Assembly (NCBI GenBank): GCA_048772705.1
Contig: JBLWGC010000204.1
Coordinates: 62,001-126,000, forward strand
DNA: 64,000 nt
Reading direction: 5' to 3'
Source of the DNA: Leidyana gryllorum EB-2025a
Taxonomy: Eukaryota; Protista; Apicomplexa
The translations under genes and the position numbers were made by a program. A model generated the notes under the pieces. That model ran no database searches. It was not told where the DNA came from and saw only the letters and a list, made by a program, of their open reading frames with translations. Shown here piece after piece: positions 9,622 through 22,500 of this stretch (position 1 is the stretch's first letter; every line of letters begins with the position of its first letter).

Positions 9622-12495
9622 TCACTGGGTCTCGTCGGCCCATTCCGTCTCGTCGGTCGACTCTGTGTAGTCGTCTTCGGAGTCGTCGTCAGAGCCGTTC
9701 TCGCCGACAGGTCGCAGACTAAAGGCTTTGAGTAACGGAAGATAGTCCGTCTTCCATTTGCCGTCTGGGAAGAGATCGTTGGCGTCCAGGATCTCGCCGT
9801 TCTTCTTCACATGGGAATAGAGAGACTTGAAGTAGTAGTAAGAGCGGAAAGTTTGGCGATTGGCCACGATCACGAGATGTTTTCGAGCTCTGGTGATCGC
9901 AACATTCAGTCTATTTGGCTCTTTCACGAATCCGATACCCTGATAGGTATTAGATCGGACGAGACTGAGAAGAATTACATCGCGTTCTCCTCCCTGGAAA
10001 CCGTCAACGGTCGATACCAAAATCCTTCCAAACAGTTTTGAAGATCTTAGATCGTAGGATCTACGAATGAGATCCTCAATTAATAAAACTTGTTTCTTAT
10101 AGGGAGCTATTATCCCAATGTCATTGAAAGCTTCTTCGAGAGGCAACAGGGTCTCGTGCAAATACTGCACAATTAAGAGAGCTTCCCCCAAATTACAAAA
10201 GGAGTGCTCTTCCAAATGATGTAGCTCGGCTGGTTTGGTAGTAAGGAAGGTGGAGGAGTCTGTGACTGCCTTCAGCTCGGGACAGTCTTTGGCTGGAGTG
10301 GTGACCCATCGAAGAATTGGGAGTGTCTCGGACACTCTGATATCGCAAACCGATGGGTCAGCTGTGACTTGTCCATCGTAGAACTCCTCCGAACTCCAAT
10401 TACTGATTAGTTGATTAGACCGAAACTGCACCGTTAGCATTGTCGACAAGTTTCTTTCTGTATGTTCCATCAAACGGCCCATAAGGGTCGTTCCTCCAAT
10501 GGTATTGTTCTTTACAGTTGGCCCAAGCTGGTGATGATCTCCAGCCAGAATCAATTTTTTTCCGCGTTTCACCGCAATGAGAGCATCGATCTCCAAACAT
10601 TGGGCCGCCTCATCAATGATAACATAATCAAATTGAACCTCGTCGAGGTCACGGCTGGCCGCCGTGTTGCACGTTGTGAAAACGGCTCTCGCTTTTTCAA
10701 AGATGTCGTCCAAAATACCTTTGCGGACGCGGCTTTCCGTCTCCGAGAGGTCAGCAAACATTCGAGCTCCTTCGTCGTTTGAATCATAAGACTCGTCGTC
10801 GCTGACTTCTTCTACCACCTCCCCCAACTCTTTCTTCACCTCCTTCTCGTACTCGCGTCGCGCTCGGATGGCTTTCACCAAACTCTCGTAATTGGGGTGC
10901 TCCCTTACGACCGAAGTAAGCACCACAGGATACACCGGTTGAGCGAATCTATGAGGGGCGGCGATCCGTACAAACCAGGATCGATCGGCCCCTTCCATCT
11001 TGAGCATCCGCTCCAACAAATTATCCACTGCCACATTGCTTCCTGAACACACCAGAGTCTTGGAGTCAGGAAACTCAGTCATGAGATGAAAGATCAGAGA
11101 GGCGAGAGTGGTGGTCTTCCCGGTCCCAGGAGGGCCGTGGAGGATGGAGACGGGTCTTCGGGTGAGCAGAAAGTCAAATGCCTCCTGCTGCCCGGTACTG
11201 AGCCCCGAAGGCGTCTGGTTGGACGACGACGATGGCGGTCTGTCGACTATTCGCGCAGGCCCCGCTGAGGCCTTCAGGACGAATTTCATCACTGGTCGGA
11301 ATCGCAGTTCGATATCCGTGAGATCCTCTAACATTGCTTTACGCCGCTCGTGCGTAATCAAATTGATGCCGATGCCCAGAGTGATCTTGGACGATTCTAA
11401 TTTTCGAATCAAGTCGCCTTTGCAAAGCGATACCGGAATAGTCACATACACCACGTATTTGGTCACCCGCAGTACCACAGCCTTAACAATCGGCTCTATG
11501 TCTGCGAGCGTAGCGCGGCTATTCCAGTCGTCCCCGTCTTCCGAATGCAGAGTACAGGGATCCCCCCGCTTATATCGCACAAATGGTATTTGTCCACTAC
11601 CGGTCAATTTTAGTATCAGCATTTCCCGCCCCCTCTCCCCGGAAGGTCTGTGGGATCGATACTCCAAATTCTTGATGGCCCCACCCTTTTTGGCCAACCC
11701 CGCCGAGGTGATCTTGCTGAGTAGCGCCGCAGTTTCATCGACTTCTTGCCGCTTTTCCGCAATAATCAACTCCTTTTGAAAGACCTTCCAGTCTTCAAAT
11801 CCGGCTCGCGGTGACAACATTGCCACTGCCCGCTTCTCCGGTATGCGCGAGACACTGGGCTCCCACTGGGGCTCACGTCGGGTCCATACGGCGGGTGGGC
11901 GGCGTTGAGGCACAGGTAGCGCTGGCCACTCCGCATCATCGAGATGTGTCGAAGTTGTCGTCGACACTCCTCCCATGCATACGAAAATGTCATCATTGAA
12001 GCTGCGGAGGAAGTTTATGCTCCGACTCCCTTCGGCAGCCGGCCAAACGCATTCGTCCTCGTCCGAGGCAACTTTCGATTCGGTATGACACTCCTCCTCC
12101 TCCTCCTCTGTATCCCCAACCACTTGATGGTCATTGGCGTCGCCGTCGTCGCCGTCGTCGTTGTCGCCGTCGCCGTTGTCGCCGTCGTCACCCCCGTCGT
12201 CTGGGAGTGGTGAGGTTGTCTCCGTATCCTCAACGACTTGGTGCTCGCGAAAGACGTCGTGCGACTCGGGTGGAGACGTCTCATTTTTGGGGGGGTGGCC
12301 GGTGTGGGGGTCTGGGGCTGCTGAGTCAGCGTCCACGATCAGCGGTGGAGCAGTATCAGTGTTGTCGACGTCCTGCCCGCCCCCTTCAGAGGGTGAGGAG
12401 ACGTCAGGCAAAGGGGAAGGTCGATGAGCGGTGAGTGTCCTACTCCTTTCGATCCCCAGGAGATGGTGAAAGGTTTTCGAAAAGAGTCGGAACAT
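9622..12495 (-). CDS. IGHMBP2/Hcs1-like SF1B helicase, copy 4, intact motifs, acidic disordered N-extension
   Basis: HGPPGTGKT, CSGSNVAVDNL, IIDEAAQ, LAGDHHQLGP, LTVQFRSN, STVDGFQGGERD, RLNVAITRAR. First ATG is at 12495 (the ORF track starts at TTG 12501). Confidence 0.92.
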   Translation of the reverse strand: MFRLFSKTFHHLLGIERSRTLTAHRPSPLPDVSSPSEGGGQDVDNTDTAPPLIVDADSAAPDPHTGHPPKNETSPPESHDVFREHQVVEDTETTSPLPDDGGDDGDNGDGDNDDGDDGDANDHQVVGDTEEEEEECHTESKVASDEDECVWPAAEGSRSINFLRSFNDDIFVCMGGVSTTTSTHLDDAEWPALPVPQRRPPAVWTRREPQWEPSVSRIPEKRAVAMLSPRAGFEDWKVFQKELIIAEKRQEVDETAALLSKITSAGLAKKGGAIKNLEYRSHRPSGERGREMLILKLTGSGQIPFVRYKRGDPCTLHSEDGDDWNSRATLADIEPIVKAVVLRVTKYVVYVTIPVSLCKGDLIRKLESSKITLGIGINLITHERRKAMLEDLTDIELRFRPVMKFVLKASAGPARIVDRPPSSSSNQTPSGLSTGQQEAFDFLLTRRPVSILHGPPGTGKTTTLASLIFHLMTEFPDSKTLVCSGSNVAVDNLLERMLKMEGADRSWFVRIAAPHRFAQPVYPVVLTSVVREHPNYESLVKAIRARREYEKEVKKELGEVVEEVSDDESYDSNDEGARMFADLSETESRVRKGILDDIFEKARAVFTTCNTAASRDLDEVQFDYVIIDEAAQCLEIDALIAVKRGKKLILAGDHHQLGPTVKNNTIGGTTLMGRLMEHTERNLSTMLTVQFRSNQLISNWSSEEFYDGQVTADPSVCDIRVSETLPILRWVTTPAKDCPELKAVTDSSTFLTTKPAELHHLEEHSFCNLGEALLIVQYLHETLLPLEEAFNDIGIIAPYKKQVLLIEDLIRRSYDLRSSKLFGRILVSTVDGFQGGERDVILLSLVRSNTYQGIGFVKEPNRLNVAITRARKHLVIVANRQTFRSYYYFKSLYSHVKKNGEILDANDLFPDGKWKTDYLPLLKAFSLRPVGENGSDDDSEDDYTESTDETEWADETQ

Positions 12496-13953
12496 TAGCA
12501 ATGATGAGTTCTTTGAGGGCTATTTTTGGTCTTTGTGTTAACGTTTGTTTGGTCGCACAGGTTTGTAAGATCCTCAAGTGTTCTCGTGGCTCACTCATGT
12601 TGCAGAGCGGCCCCAGCTATGTATGAGAGGGCGAGAGGATAAAAAAGAATAGAATAGCATGGCTGTGCCAATGTGTTGCGTCCCTTTCCACGAGTATCTG
12701 AGCCCCAAAGTGGGGGTTAGGTCTGACGAGCGTGAGGGATACACAGAACAGACTTTTGATCATTCAGCTTCTCTGACGGGTGATCAAGGGAGCGATCTTA
12801 GATCAATATGCATCCATCGATCTGCGTAGATTGATCGAGTTGTAAGGTTGTCAGTGGCAGGTGGGCAGTTTGGCGTCGATCTATCGGGCGATCGGGTCGC
12901 CAACTGTAGACTTCTCACCATGTCCACCATCATGTATGTAGACGTCGGCCGAAACCATCATCATTTGAGGTGTGAACCTTCCTCCCGTACGCCACCGAAG
13001 GCGGAATTGTAGTCAGCAGAAACAAAAGTCTGGGCTAAATATATGCGGCCGAGGTTTTAGCCAAAGGAAAAAACTCTGACAAAGGCGTATTTACTTGTGA
13101 ATGCCACATCGTATGCTTCTGCGTCGAGGAGCAGAGCGCGATTGGGTGACGTTGAAACTTAAAAAGATAGCAGTAGGCCTCCGAGTGTCTTACACTGTAC
13201 TCTGTGGGCGAACGGGGGTGATTAATTGGGTGAGTGTACAGATTCATCATTGAGGAGCCTCCTTCTAAAGTTGGGTGAAACAACAATCTCCCGCTCAGAA
13301 TCGTCTGTCCAAATGGCCTCTGCGTTTTGTGGATGTGGATGAAGTGATATGCGAAGAAATCTTGATGATACGGTGAAATGACCCAGGATATACACATACA
13401 GAGGGGGAAAGATTACGATGTGCCTCGTTGTGTAAGATGGAACAAAATGAGCGGTCGTAGAACGTAGAGGACGGACGAGCTCCACTTGCAACAACAAGAG
13501 AAAAGAAGAGGATAGTACAAGTTAGGAAGGCAAGAGTCAATCACTTCGTCGCTCCGTTCGATCATTCGACCGACCGGAGGCTGGCTCATCCGAACAACAT
13601 GGGCAATCAATCAATCAAATGAGACTCTGACCAAGAACTCAGGTCTCTGTCCGATATCGAGATTCCTGCACTCTGTCTTAATCTTAATCTCAATCTCTCT
13701 CTCGTGCGTTCTCGCCCCCTCTCCCTTCCTCGTAATGGACATTACGAGGAAGAAGAGGAAGGAGATTAGAATAAGCATTCCCGAAAAAGAAAGAGGGGTC
13801 CAACTTTGAACCGGTGCCATAAATCCATCTGTCCACGGCTGAGAGAAGTACATAGAGTAACGATGAGATAGAAACACCAATATATTACAACACGACACGC
13901 CCTCAATACCCTCTCATACACAAAAGGATACTGAGAACATTCATAAAGAGGGA

Positions 13954-16164
13954 TCAGCCACTTGACGGCCAACGGTTCAGAGTACCGCTGGTTACAGTTG
14001 TCGAAGACTTATCGCCCCAGTCATCTCGTCTCATATCACCACTACCGCCGACACTTCCCGAGTGGCCAACATCTTCCGCCTCAGATACCGTACGGCGAGC
14101 AGATGAGAATGAGCAATTAATCAGACCACGCTGTGGACAACTGTCGCTGGAATACTGTGAAGGATGTTGTTGATGTTGAAGAAGCTGACGTTGCTGTTGG
14201 GCATCTGGCGTATTATGAGGGTGGTGGACTGCTTGTTGTGGTGAGTGTTGTGGTGAATGATGTTGTTGTTGGTGGTAGCTGTCGGTATGTGGCTGATGAG
14301 CTCGCGGATTGATGTCGTAGGGGGCCGTGGGATGGAGCTTCTGAGATTGTGGACGGTCTGGTGGTAGCGGTGTGTCTTCGTGAGCATAATGATGGTGTCG
14401 ACCATTATTAGCCCGCCCGCCAGTAGTGTTAGCGTAGTTCATCCTCCGATTGTGTTGATTGTTGTTACCGTTAGGATGGTAACTATGCCTTCGAGGGGCT
14501 GTGTGATGAGGGCTATTACGCTTCTCCGGGTAACAACTCATCGTTCGTTTGTTGCGTTGTTGCCACGTAACCCCATAGTGGTCGCGTCTCCGCTGCCTAT
14601 CACGAATTTCGATAGGCTCATACCCACCATTAAGTTGTTGGCGTGCTTGGCCTTCATTTATAGGATTCTCAACCCAAATGGGCTGCGATGAACGACTACC
14701 ATATTTGCCTCTGCCGCCCCCGCCTCCCGGGCCACCACCACCACCGCCACGACCCCAGTTCATGCCTTGCCGTGCCCTCCGCTTTGGAGGGCCATTGTAT
14801 TGATAGTTCCTGTTGTGATTGTGGTGCTGATCAAAATTATGCTGTCCTTGACGGTACTGCCGCTGGCCAGAGTCAAATCGGGCAGAATCCCTCACGAAAG
14901 AACCTGGGCGACGTCTATCGTCGTGCCGACCACCGTATCTCTCCCGAGCGCCAGCATACATCTGGGCCTCAGGCAAGCGATAGTCACGCACGCCTCTTCG
15001 AGGGCCCTCCCAGGCACCTCCACGACGTGTACCCCGAGTATTCAGGTTACCTCCATGAGAATGGTGGTATTCAGACATATTGGTCTCGAGAATGGGGTCC
15101 TTACAACTGGACCCTCCCCTCTGATGATCTTCATCTTCTTCCCAACCACCTTCGTAGTTGGGAGGGTAGTGATGCTTTGTGGCAACTTCCGGGCGTGAGG
15201 CAACCATTGGGCCACGATTTCGTGTATCAGAACGACGAGCGTTAGACCCGCCACCCCGACGGCCTTGGCCGCGGTCGTTATGGCTAGGCGCAGATCGGTA
15301 GGGGACCGTCGACTGATAATCATCATGACCACGTACATGGCCATGACCACCGTTGCCGGCCGGCCCTCGATCCCAATCCGCTCCTCGCCCAGCTCCATAT
15401 TTCTGCCGGCCACCACGCCAATCAGAAGAGAGGTTATGGGTTCCCAAACTCTTCGAATGCCAGGTCCCCGCTGAACGCGCTCGATGCGCACTGTACTCCT
15501 CTATCTCCCATTTGATCATTGATGAGTTCCGGTGCGAGCGCGAGTTTGTAACTCCTGGAGGTCCTTCTCGCAAACGTCTGGCAGCGTCCAAATAGTGCGT
15601 ACAATGTTGTGCCTCATCTCTAGACGCAGGTCGTTGCGCTGACGAAGGACTATCTCGATTGTGAGCATAAGTATCAGCTTGTGAACTGGAAACTTCGGAG
15701 TGCCTTTGGTCCGACCGCCGCCTGTACGGGGCTTCGGAACACGCAATACCCCCCTCACCACCCCCGAACATATGGTCGGAAGGCGTCTCAACGCGCTCAC
15801 ATGCAACGTGCTGATGTCGGGGAATTGATTGTTCGCAGAAGTCCGCCAGCGATGTGCCAATCCTCGTGCCGACCGCCAATATGGGGGTCAACGGTAGTTG
15901 GTAGTGGTAATGTTCGGTGGTCAAGTTCTGATCTAATAGTGTCTCGCCATTGAAGAAGGTAGTAACGGACAGTGTTCCAGCCTCCGAACAGATTTCGTCC
16001 GAATGCCCATCCTCTACCCCTTCTGCCGCCGAAAGGTGATCATGCGAGCACTCTAGAGCCATGTACGTTGCCGTCGTGTCTTCCACGCTCCGATCAGACA
16101 TTGTGTCCACAACTGTATCACTAGTTAGACGCAATTGTGAGTTCGAAACCACCGTGACCACCAT
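13954..16164 (-). CDS. Low-complexity RG/RGG-, Gly-, His-, Asn- and Gln-rich protein (prion-like, probable RNA-binding)
   Basis: 736-aa ORF; e.g. RGQGRRGGG, NWGRGGGGGGPGGGGGRG, HQQQHHSPQHSPQQ. Confidence 0.75.
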   Translation of the reverse strand: MVVTVVSNSQLRLTSDTVVDTMSDRSVEDTTATYMALECSHDHLSAAEGVEDGHSDEICSEAGTLSVTTFFNGETLLDQNLTTEHYHYQLPLTPILAVGTRIGTSLADFCEQSIPRHQHVACERVETPSDHMFGGGEGGIACSEAPYRRRSDQRHSEVSSSQADTYAHNRDSPSSAQRPASRDEAQHCTHYLDAARRLREGPPGVTNSRSHRNSSMIKWEIEEYSAHRARSAGTWHSKSLGTHNLSSDWRGGRQKYGAGRGADWDRGPAGNGGHGHVRGHDDYQSTVPYRSAPSHNDRGQGRRGGGSNARRSDTRNRGPMVASRPEVATKHHYPPNYEGGWEEDEDHQRGGSSCKDPILETNMSEYHHSHGGNLNTRGTRRGGAWEGPRRGVRDYRLPEAQMYAGARERYGGRHDDRRRPGSFVRDSARFDSGQRQYRQGQHNFDQHHNHNRNYQYNGPPKRRARQGMNWGRGGGGGGPGGGGGRGKYGSRSSQPIWVENPINEGQARQQLNGGYEPIEIRDRQRRRDHYGVTWQQRNKRTMSCYPEKRNSPHHTAPRRHSYHPNGNNNQHNRRMNYANTTGGRANNGRHHHYAHEDTPLPPDRPQSQKLHPTAPYDINPRAHQPHTDSYHQQQHHSPQHSPQQAVHHPHNTPDAQQQRQLLQHQQHPSQYSSDSCPQRGLINCSFSSARRTVSEAEDVGHSGSVGGSGDMRRDDWGDKSSTTVTSGTLNRWPSSG

Positions 16165-16319
16165 GCTTCACAGCTCAATCCACATCTATACTTTGGACCA
16201 CAATGAATTAATAGTTTTGCAGATATGTGTCTCCCTCCGCGCGTGCGAAAACACAAATGTCAAACCACCTAAGCAACCAGTTTTCCCCCTACCACCAGCG
16301 ATTTGTCTAGTCTGACTGT

Positions 16320-16349
16320 GTCAGATCAACCACACCCGGTTGATCTGAC
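16320..16349. repeat. Perfect 12-bp stem hairpin, followed by (GT)~9 at ~16404-16421
   Basis: gtcagatcaacc-acaccc-ggttgatctgac. Confidence 0.8.
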
Positions 16350-16512
16350 CGATCAAGTGATAAGTGCTCCAAACTTGTTGTCCGAACAACGGACCCATTT
16401 TACGTGTGTGTGTGTGTGTGTGGATCAGCTTGAGCACCGGTCAGTATTTTAATAGGTATCAACTAGCAAGCAGGTCTGCATCATACATATATCATTGCAT
16501 GTAATCAGAGGT

Positions 16513-19500
16513 CTAACTAGGCAGATTGGATGAGGAGGATGAAGAAGTTCCCGTTGTGGATTGTTCTCGGTCCATTGAGTATGTTGCCCATAGGGCCTTG
16601 TCAACGTAGTGGGGGGCTGTGACAGTGAGGCAGGCGATACTAGCGGCCACCGCCAATTTCAACAGATCTTCCATGAAGAGATCGGGTCTGAGATGCTGTC
16701 CAAAAGAGCGGGCGAGATCTTTTAGTTGAGTATTCTCAGCATAGTCATCACGCGCAGTTTGAGGACAGCCCCCATTTCCCAGCATTAGATTGTCGCTCAT
16801 GATGGTGAGCACCATTTTCCTGATTCCCATTTTCCATTCATTGGTTTCCTGTGTTTGAGGAGTCATCATTGGGGCACTCTCACGCGGGGATTTTGAGGAT
16901 CTGATTTCACGTCTGGGGGAGGCTACCAGGAGGGGCCACTCTTCAGCAACACCATTCGCACCCGCAGGATGTTTGGCTATCTGCGAGAGGATCCAATTCT
17001 GCGATGTTTCGGTCATCGCTTTCAGAGCTTTCGGGGAGTCTTCCAATAGTTGATAGGCAGTTGATAACACTGAGGGGCCTGAGATCGCGGCCAATTGGAG
17101 AACCCCCAATCGACGATGTACTTCGTCGTTCCACGCGAAGGTTTTGGGGCACATGGATTTGATAAGGGAGCGTTCGAGGATCGATAAGATGGTCCAGACA
17201 TTGAAACTTATGCGTCCTCGCTGGTCGTTTGAGAGCACAACACCCGGTGTCTTGGGCGGGATGGGGTCTTCCCAATCGTTGTCTGACTCAGCAGTGGGCT
17301 CAGGTTTGTGTGGCACAACGTCAAGACTCAGACCTTCAGCTATTGCTCTTCGAAAACGCATGGAATCTCTGACGGGGTGATATTTAGGTCGTGGGGGAGA
17401 GAGAACCGGGGAACAAAGGTCGGTTGGAGGTGAAGTGAGAGAGAAGGAATGGGCTGTCGCGAATCCGGGGGGAGGGGGAGAGAGATTTCGTGTTGTGGAA
17501 CAGTCAGGTAGCATACGTAGAGTGCTCCGTACCAGTTGGATTGGATTGACGTTTGTCGATAGGTGACTGGTGTTGTTGTTAGAATACATCGTTACATTGG
17601 AATTAGCTCTTCCATCGGTTCGCTTGCCTTTGCCCCAGCTGCTGCGGGTCCATCCGGGTGTTATAGGACGTCCCGCTCGGTCAGTTTGACACACGCCGTT
17701 TCGGAAGTTGGAATCATCTCCCGTACTCTGGTCCCACCGATACCCACCTTTGGCCCGATTTGCAGCTCCTTGCGGCAACGGTTGCTGCTGATGCATTTGC
17801 TGGTTGTAGGAGGTCTGCAACACAGTCTGAGGTGCCACGGTCTGTTGCTGAGGAGGAGCCACATTCTCCAAGTCTCCACTGTCGACATAGTTCATTGCGG
17901 TTTCAAACCCTGAAAACACTTTGGTCCACACCACTCACCCACTTGTTCCAACTTACAGTCTTGTTGATTCAACATGTTCACCCGTGTCGGCTGTTGTCTG
18001 GCGGTCTGTGGTTGGGGGGCTTTTGTGCGACGTTCCAGCCGTCCTTTGGCGGTCGATTCACCGGGTACGCCCATCAGTTGACGCTCCGTCAGGCTTCCAC
18101 CGAGACACAAGTGCTCTTCAAGATGTGTGGCCGCCCACACTTCTTCTTGTTCCGGAATGCGAGCCAAAGCCGGTTGCACTTTCGGTGAGCTCAATCCCAG
18201 CATGCGCAGCTTGTTCACATCATCCGGGCCCGCCCAGGGACCTGTCTGCTGACCATCCGGCGGGGGCGGCGGCGGTATGGACTGCATCGACGAGCGCATT
18301 CGGCCCGCATAGTGGTTTCCAAGCTGACATTGCGCTGCACCCAACGTCTGGGATGGAATGTGCGTCGGCGCCTGAAAGTGGCTGATCACGGTGTTGTGGT
18401 CCTGAGATTGGTATATCTGGTGTGCAGCTGTCCTGGACTGCAGTTGAGTGGACCAAGTAGGCCTGAAGCCGTGACCTGTCACGTAGACACCACCCGGAGC
18501 CTGAGAGCAACGGTATGTGGCGTCGGCACGCGAAGGCATCACCTCTGTATATGCGGCTTGAGAGTTTGCGTCAATGTATTCACCACCACACTGGGGAACG
18601 AGAGTGTTGTCGGCGACCAAGTCGAATTGGTTCTCAGCTGGTTGATTCCAAGGCTCAGGAACTTTTGATCTGTCTGTAGGGTTGTGGGCACCAAACTTCT
18701 CCTCCCACATTCTTACCGTCCGACTTTTCTGCCTTGGGAGGAATTTGGAAGTAATCATAAGCCCACCAACTCTGCGGATGGGTCAGAAGTGATGGACCGT
18801 CCGATCCAGCGGGCGACCAGTTCGGGTCCTTCGAACGCTTCACTCTGTGGGCCCTGGCTCCATCTTCCAGTAGCAGGGAGTCAATTCCCGAAACCACACA
18901 CTCATGAAGGTCCTGCCAGTCTTCGTGCTCGTTTTGTTTCTCCTTCTCCACCGACGGGGTGCCCACTGTACCCCACCGTGCCCTCGACTGTTTCATCCGG
19001 GCAGCCTTCATCTGCCGGTGGGTCCGGACCCTCGGGTACAACCCCTCACACTGCGGTCGTCGCTGCACACTGAACCCCCTACTGCTCCGTCGTCGGTCGG
19101 GTGTTACAAAGGTATCACCCAAACTGACAGGCGACGACGGAGACACTGACGGTGGTGAGGGTAACATGAAAGCAACGGGCCGCTTCCCGGACGGCGGAAC
19201 CATTCGGGTCGGAGATGATTTCCTGGCGGGGCTGGTAAGTTTCCCACCCGCCGTACCTTCGCGTTCCCCTGTTGCGGACCCGTTCGGGTCGGGGACGACA
19301 TGTATTGTCGGCGGAGAAGACAATGGAGACGACGAGCGCGGAGACGACAAAGGCGACGACGAGCGCGGAGACGACAAAGGCGACGCGCCGAGGGCCTCTG
19401 CTTCCAACTGTCGTAACCTATCTCTGACGGCATCGGCGTCCAGTTGTCGTAGGGTATCTCTGAAAGCCTCCACCTCCTCTACTCTTTCTGGAGAGCCTGA

Positions 19501-22500
19501 GCCATTGACGACATTTCGCCAGGGTACGGGCATCTTGAGTCTCGAGCCGACCGCCGCGTTCCATAGCGGGCTGCCTGTCAGCTGGGGTTCGGGTAGCGGA
19601 GGTGGCTGACCGATCTCCTCGCCGGTAGTGATCTCCTCGATCTGTGTCTGGAGATCGGTATTCATAGAAATCTTTTCGGTCTTGAGTGTCCAAGGCAGAT
19701 CGGTCTGGGACGGCTGCCCTGAAGTACTCCTTAAGGCGACATTGGCGGGCAGATTTCGGTCGGATTCTCCGCCCTCAGGCCGCGAAGGCTCTTTGCTCGC
19801 ACCAGTAGAAGGTAACCGAATGATTTCCGTCTCTGTAAAACTGTCCTTTGGACCTCCTTCCGCCCCTTTCGTGGCGGTGTTTCGCGGGGTCGCCCTCCCG
19901 TTGCGCTTCTTTCGGGGACTCTCCCTCCCGGATTTGGTCGGCTTCCGCGGACTCTCCGTGGCAGTCTCCACGTTCTTTTGAGAAGTCTCTGCCACATTCC
20001 GTGGTGTGTTTGAGTCTGTGGTAACGTTGTTCCATGGAGTCTTAGTCTGAGCGGTGATGGCTTCGGGGAATGCCGGAAGAACGGGGACCTTATTACTTCT
20101 CCAGTCCTCCAGTGCCCAATTGGACTGTGAGTCTCGTCCTTTGTCTTTGGGCGAATTACGAAGTCTGGAAGTCGGAGAATCTCGAAGGCGTGCCCTCGGC
20201 GAATCACGATTTCGGTGCTTCGGGTCCCGAACTTCCACCCAGGGGGCTCCCGACGACCCATCGTCGTCGTCGCAGTCGCCACCACCACCGAACTCTGGAC
20301 TGCGCTGCTCGACTGTTTGCTGTTCTTTGCACCACGCCTCCAGATTCTCGAAGGCCTCTTCCACCTTCTGGTTGGACTCCGACTCCACTTTGTTGGCACC
20401 AACGCTCGGCGACTCATTGACCGGAGAGAGTATGCCGAATCGAGGAGAACTTTTCGCTGGAGAGCTCGCACCCCCGTCAGCCGGCCCCTTTGCAGGAGAG
20501 CTCACAACAAACGGTTTAGTTGCCACAGCGGCAGCGTAAGATTTGGGACCCGGCCGGGAGGGACTCATTGCAGTCGGCCGCTCCACTCCAGTGGCAGCAG
20601 CAGGCACGCCTTGAGTGTACGAGATCGGAGAATGCCCGGTTACATGAGCGAGGATCTCTTCCTTTGACTTCTTCCACTTGTTATGTTGCGCTCTGGCGGT
20701 GACTGGAGGGTTTGCCGCAGCCTGACTGATCCCGACGGGCCCCTCTGTCTTCGAGGAGACTTCCACCGCTTCAGTCGTTCCGGCAAATGTATCATGTCGA
20801 CGAGGACTCGAATTGGGTGAAGATCCCGGGTTAAGTGAGGATTTCAGCGTTGAAGTGTTGTCGGCGTATTTCAATGCGAGCGAAAGGCCGTCTTTGATCA
20901 TCGACTGCTTTGTGGTTGGCCTCGGCCGTGACACACTTTGACTTGCCGCCTTCTCCACTACGGAAGCCCATGTCGGAGAGGCTGGCCAGATAATCTTCTG
21001 ACTGCCGACATCCGCCTTTTCAGCCACCTTCCGCTGTTCCTTATCCTTCACCACGGCTCCGTCGACGCCACTCGTCTTCGGCTTTGTGCTTTTCTTCGCC
21101 TTAAGAGCTCCACTTTCCGTCCATTTGGCCATCGCTTCTTTCACCGCGAGTGAATACTTCCTCCGCGGAGACGGCGCATCTCCCGAGAGAGCAGCCCCGA
21201 CACCTTTGCTCGGAGCAGAAACCTTCTCGGCGGGCACAGATTCCTCGGGTACAACCGCTGCTGCAGTCTGCTGCAGCGTACTCGTCGCTTCCGCCTGCTG
21301 AGAGGGTAAAGCTTCTAGAGCCGTCTCCCGAGGTAAAGCAGCAGCGGACGCCGTCTCCTTGAGCACAGTGGTAGCGACCGCCGTCTCTTGGGGTACAGCA
21401 GCAGCGGAGGCCGTCTCTTCGGCTACAGCAGCAGCAGCAGACGGCGTCTCGTTGGGTACAGCAGCAGCGGGCGCCGTCTCCTCCGCAACAGCAGCGGGCG
21501 GTGTCGAATTCTTCACCAAAGTTGGGGCACCCGATTCCTTCGGGGAAGGAAGTGATGGCATCTTCTTGATCGGCGCGGGGGCAATTGTCTCCTTGGGTGA
21601 AGCACTGGCTGCTGTCTTCTTGGTTGAGGCAGTCGGCCCCGTCTTCTTCGAGGAGCCGGTCATTGAGGTCTTCTTGGACGGAGCCGGCTGCTTGGACAGA
21701 GCAGGCGGCGGTGCCTTTTTCGGTGAGGAAGCCTCGAGAGGGGGCAAAGTGGCTTCGGGGAAGTCGGACGACGGCTTTGTCGCGAGTGATTTCGATACGA
21801 TAGAGGGGTTAGAGCCAGACTTAGCGGCACCTTTCCCATTGGTCGCTCCTTCGACCGCTCGCACCACCTCATCCACTGTCATGGGAGGAGCGTTTGCCAT
21901 CTGTGAGGCTTTGGCTGTGTCCTTCTTCTTGCTCTTGCCATTCGACTTCTTAGCGGTCGCCTTGCCGGTGGGCTTGCTCTCGGCTTTGGTTGTGACTCCT
22001 GATCGAGTGTCGGCCTCTTTCTTGCGTATCTGCTCGCCGGTCGATACTGTCGTCCGGCTCTCAGATCTATGGGAGTCGAGCGGCTTCAGGGCATCCGGAG
22101 TTTGGAACGGTCTACGAGGAGCCGGAGGGGCTCCGGCTAAGCGAGTGCCGGTGCAGGGCTCCTTGGTACCAAGTTTCGCCAGCTTGGCCTCGACCGCGAA
22201 CGGATCATCCAGAGAGTCGTCGAAAACGCAGTCTCCTGGCGCCCCTATGTCCGAGACATCATCGGACTCATCAAAGGTGGCTTGTCTCCAAGCTTTCATG
22301 CGTTCGAGGTCATTCGGCATGAAGGCATCCAGCCCACCCGGGATGCATCGACGGCCCATTTGACTGCTGTCTGGACGACCCTCACTTCTGGCGCACTCCC
22401 AGCAATCCGAAGCGGCTGTTGACGGGCGGTCGCCAGCCCCTCCGTTTCGGAGTACACCGTGTTTGGGTCGCAGGAGCCTCTCGCTGCTCTTCCGTGAGGT

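Noticed and set aside
12600-13950. Short ORFs (including a hydrophobic 13611..13898 ORF) and GATC-rich near-palindromes
   Set aside because: No convincing gene model or structure could be built; may be UTR or promoter.
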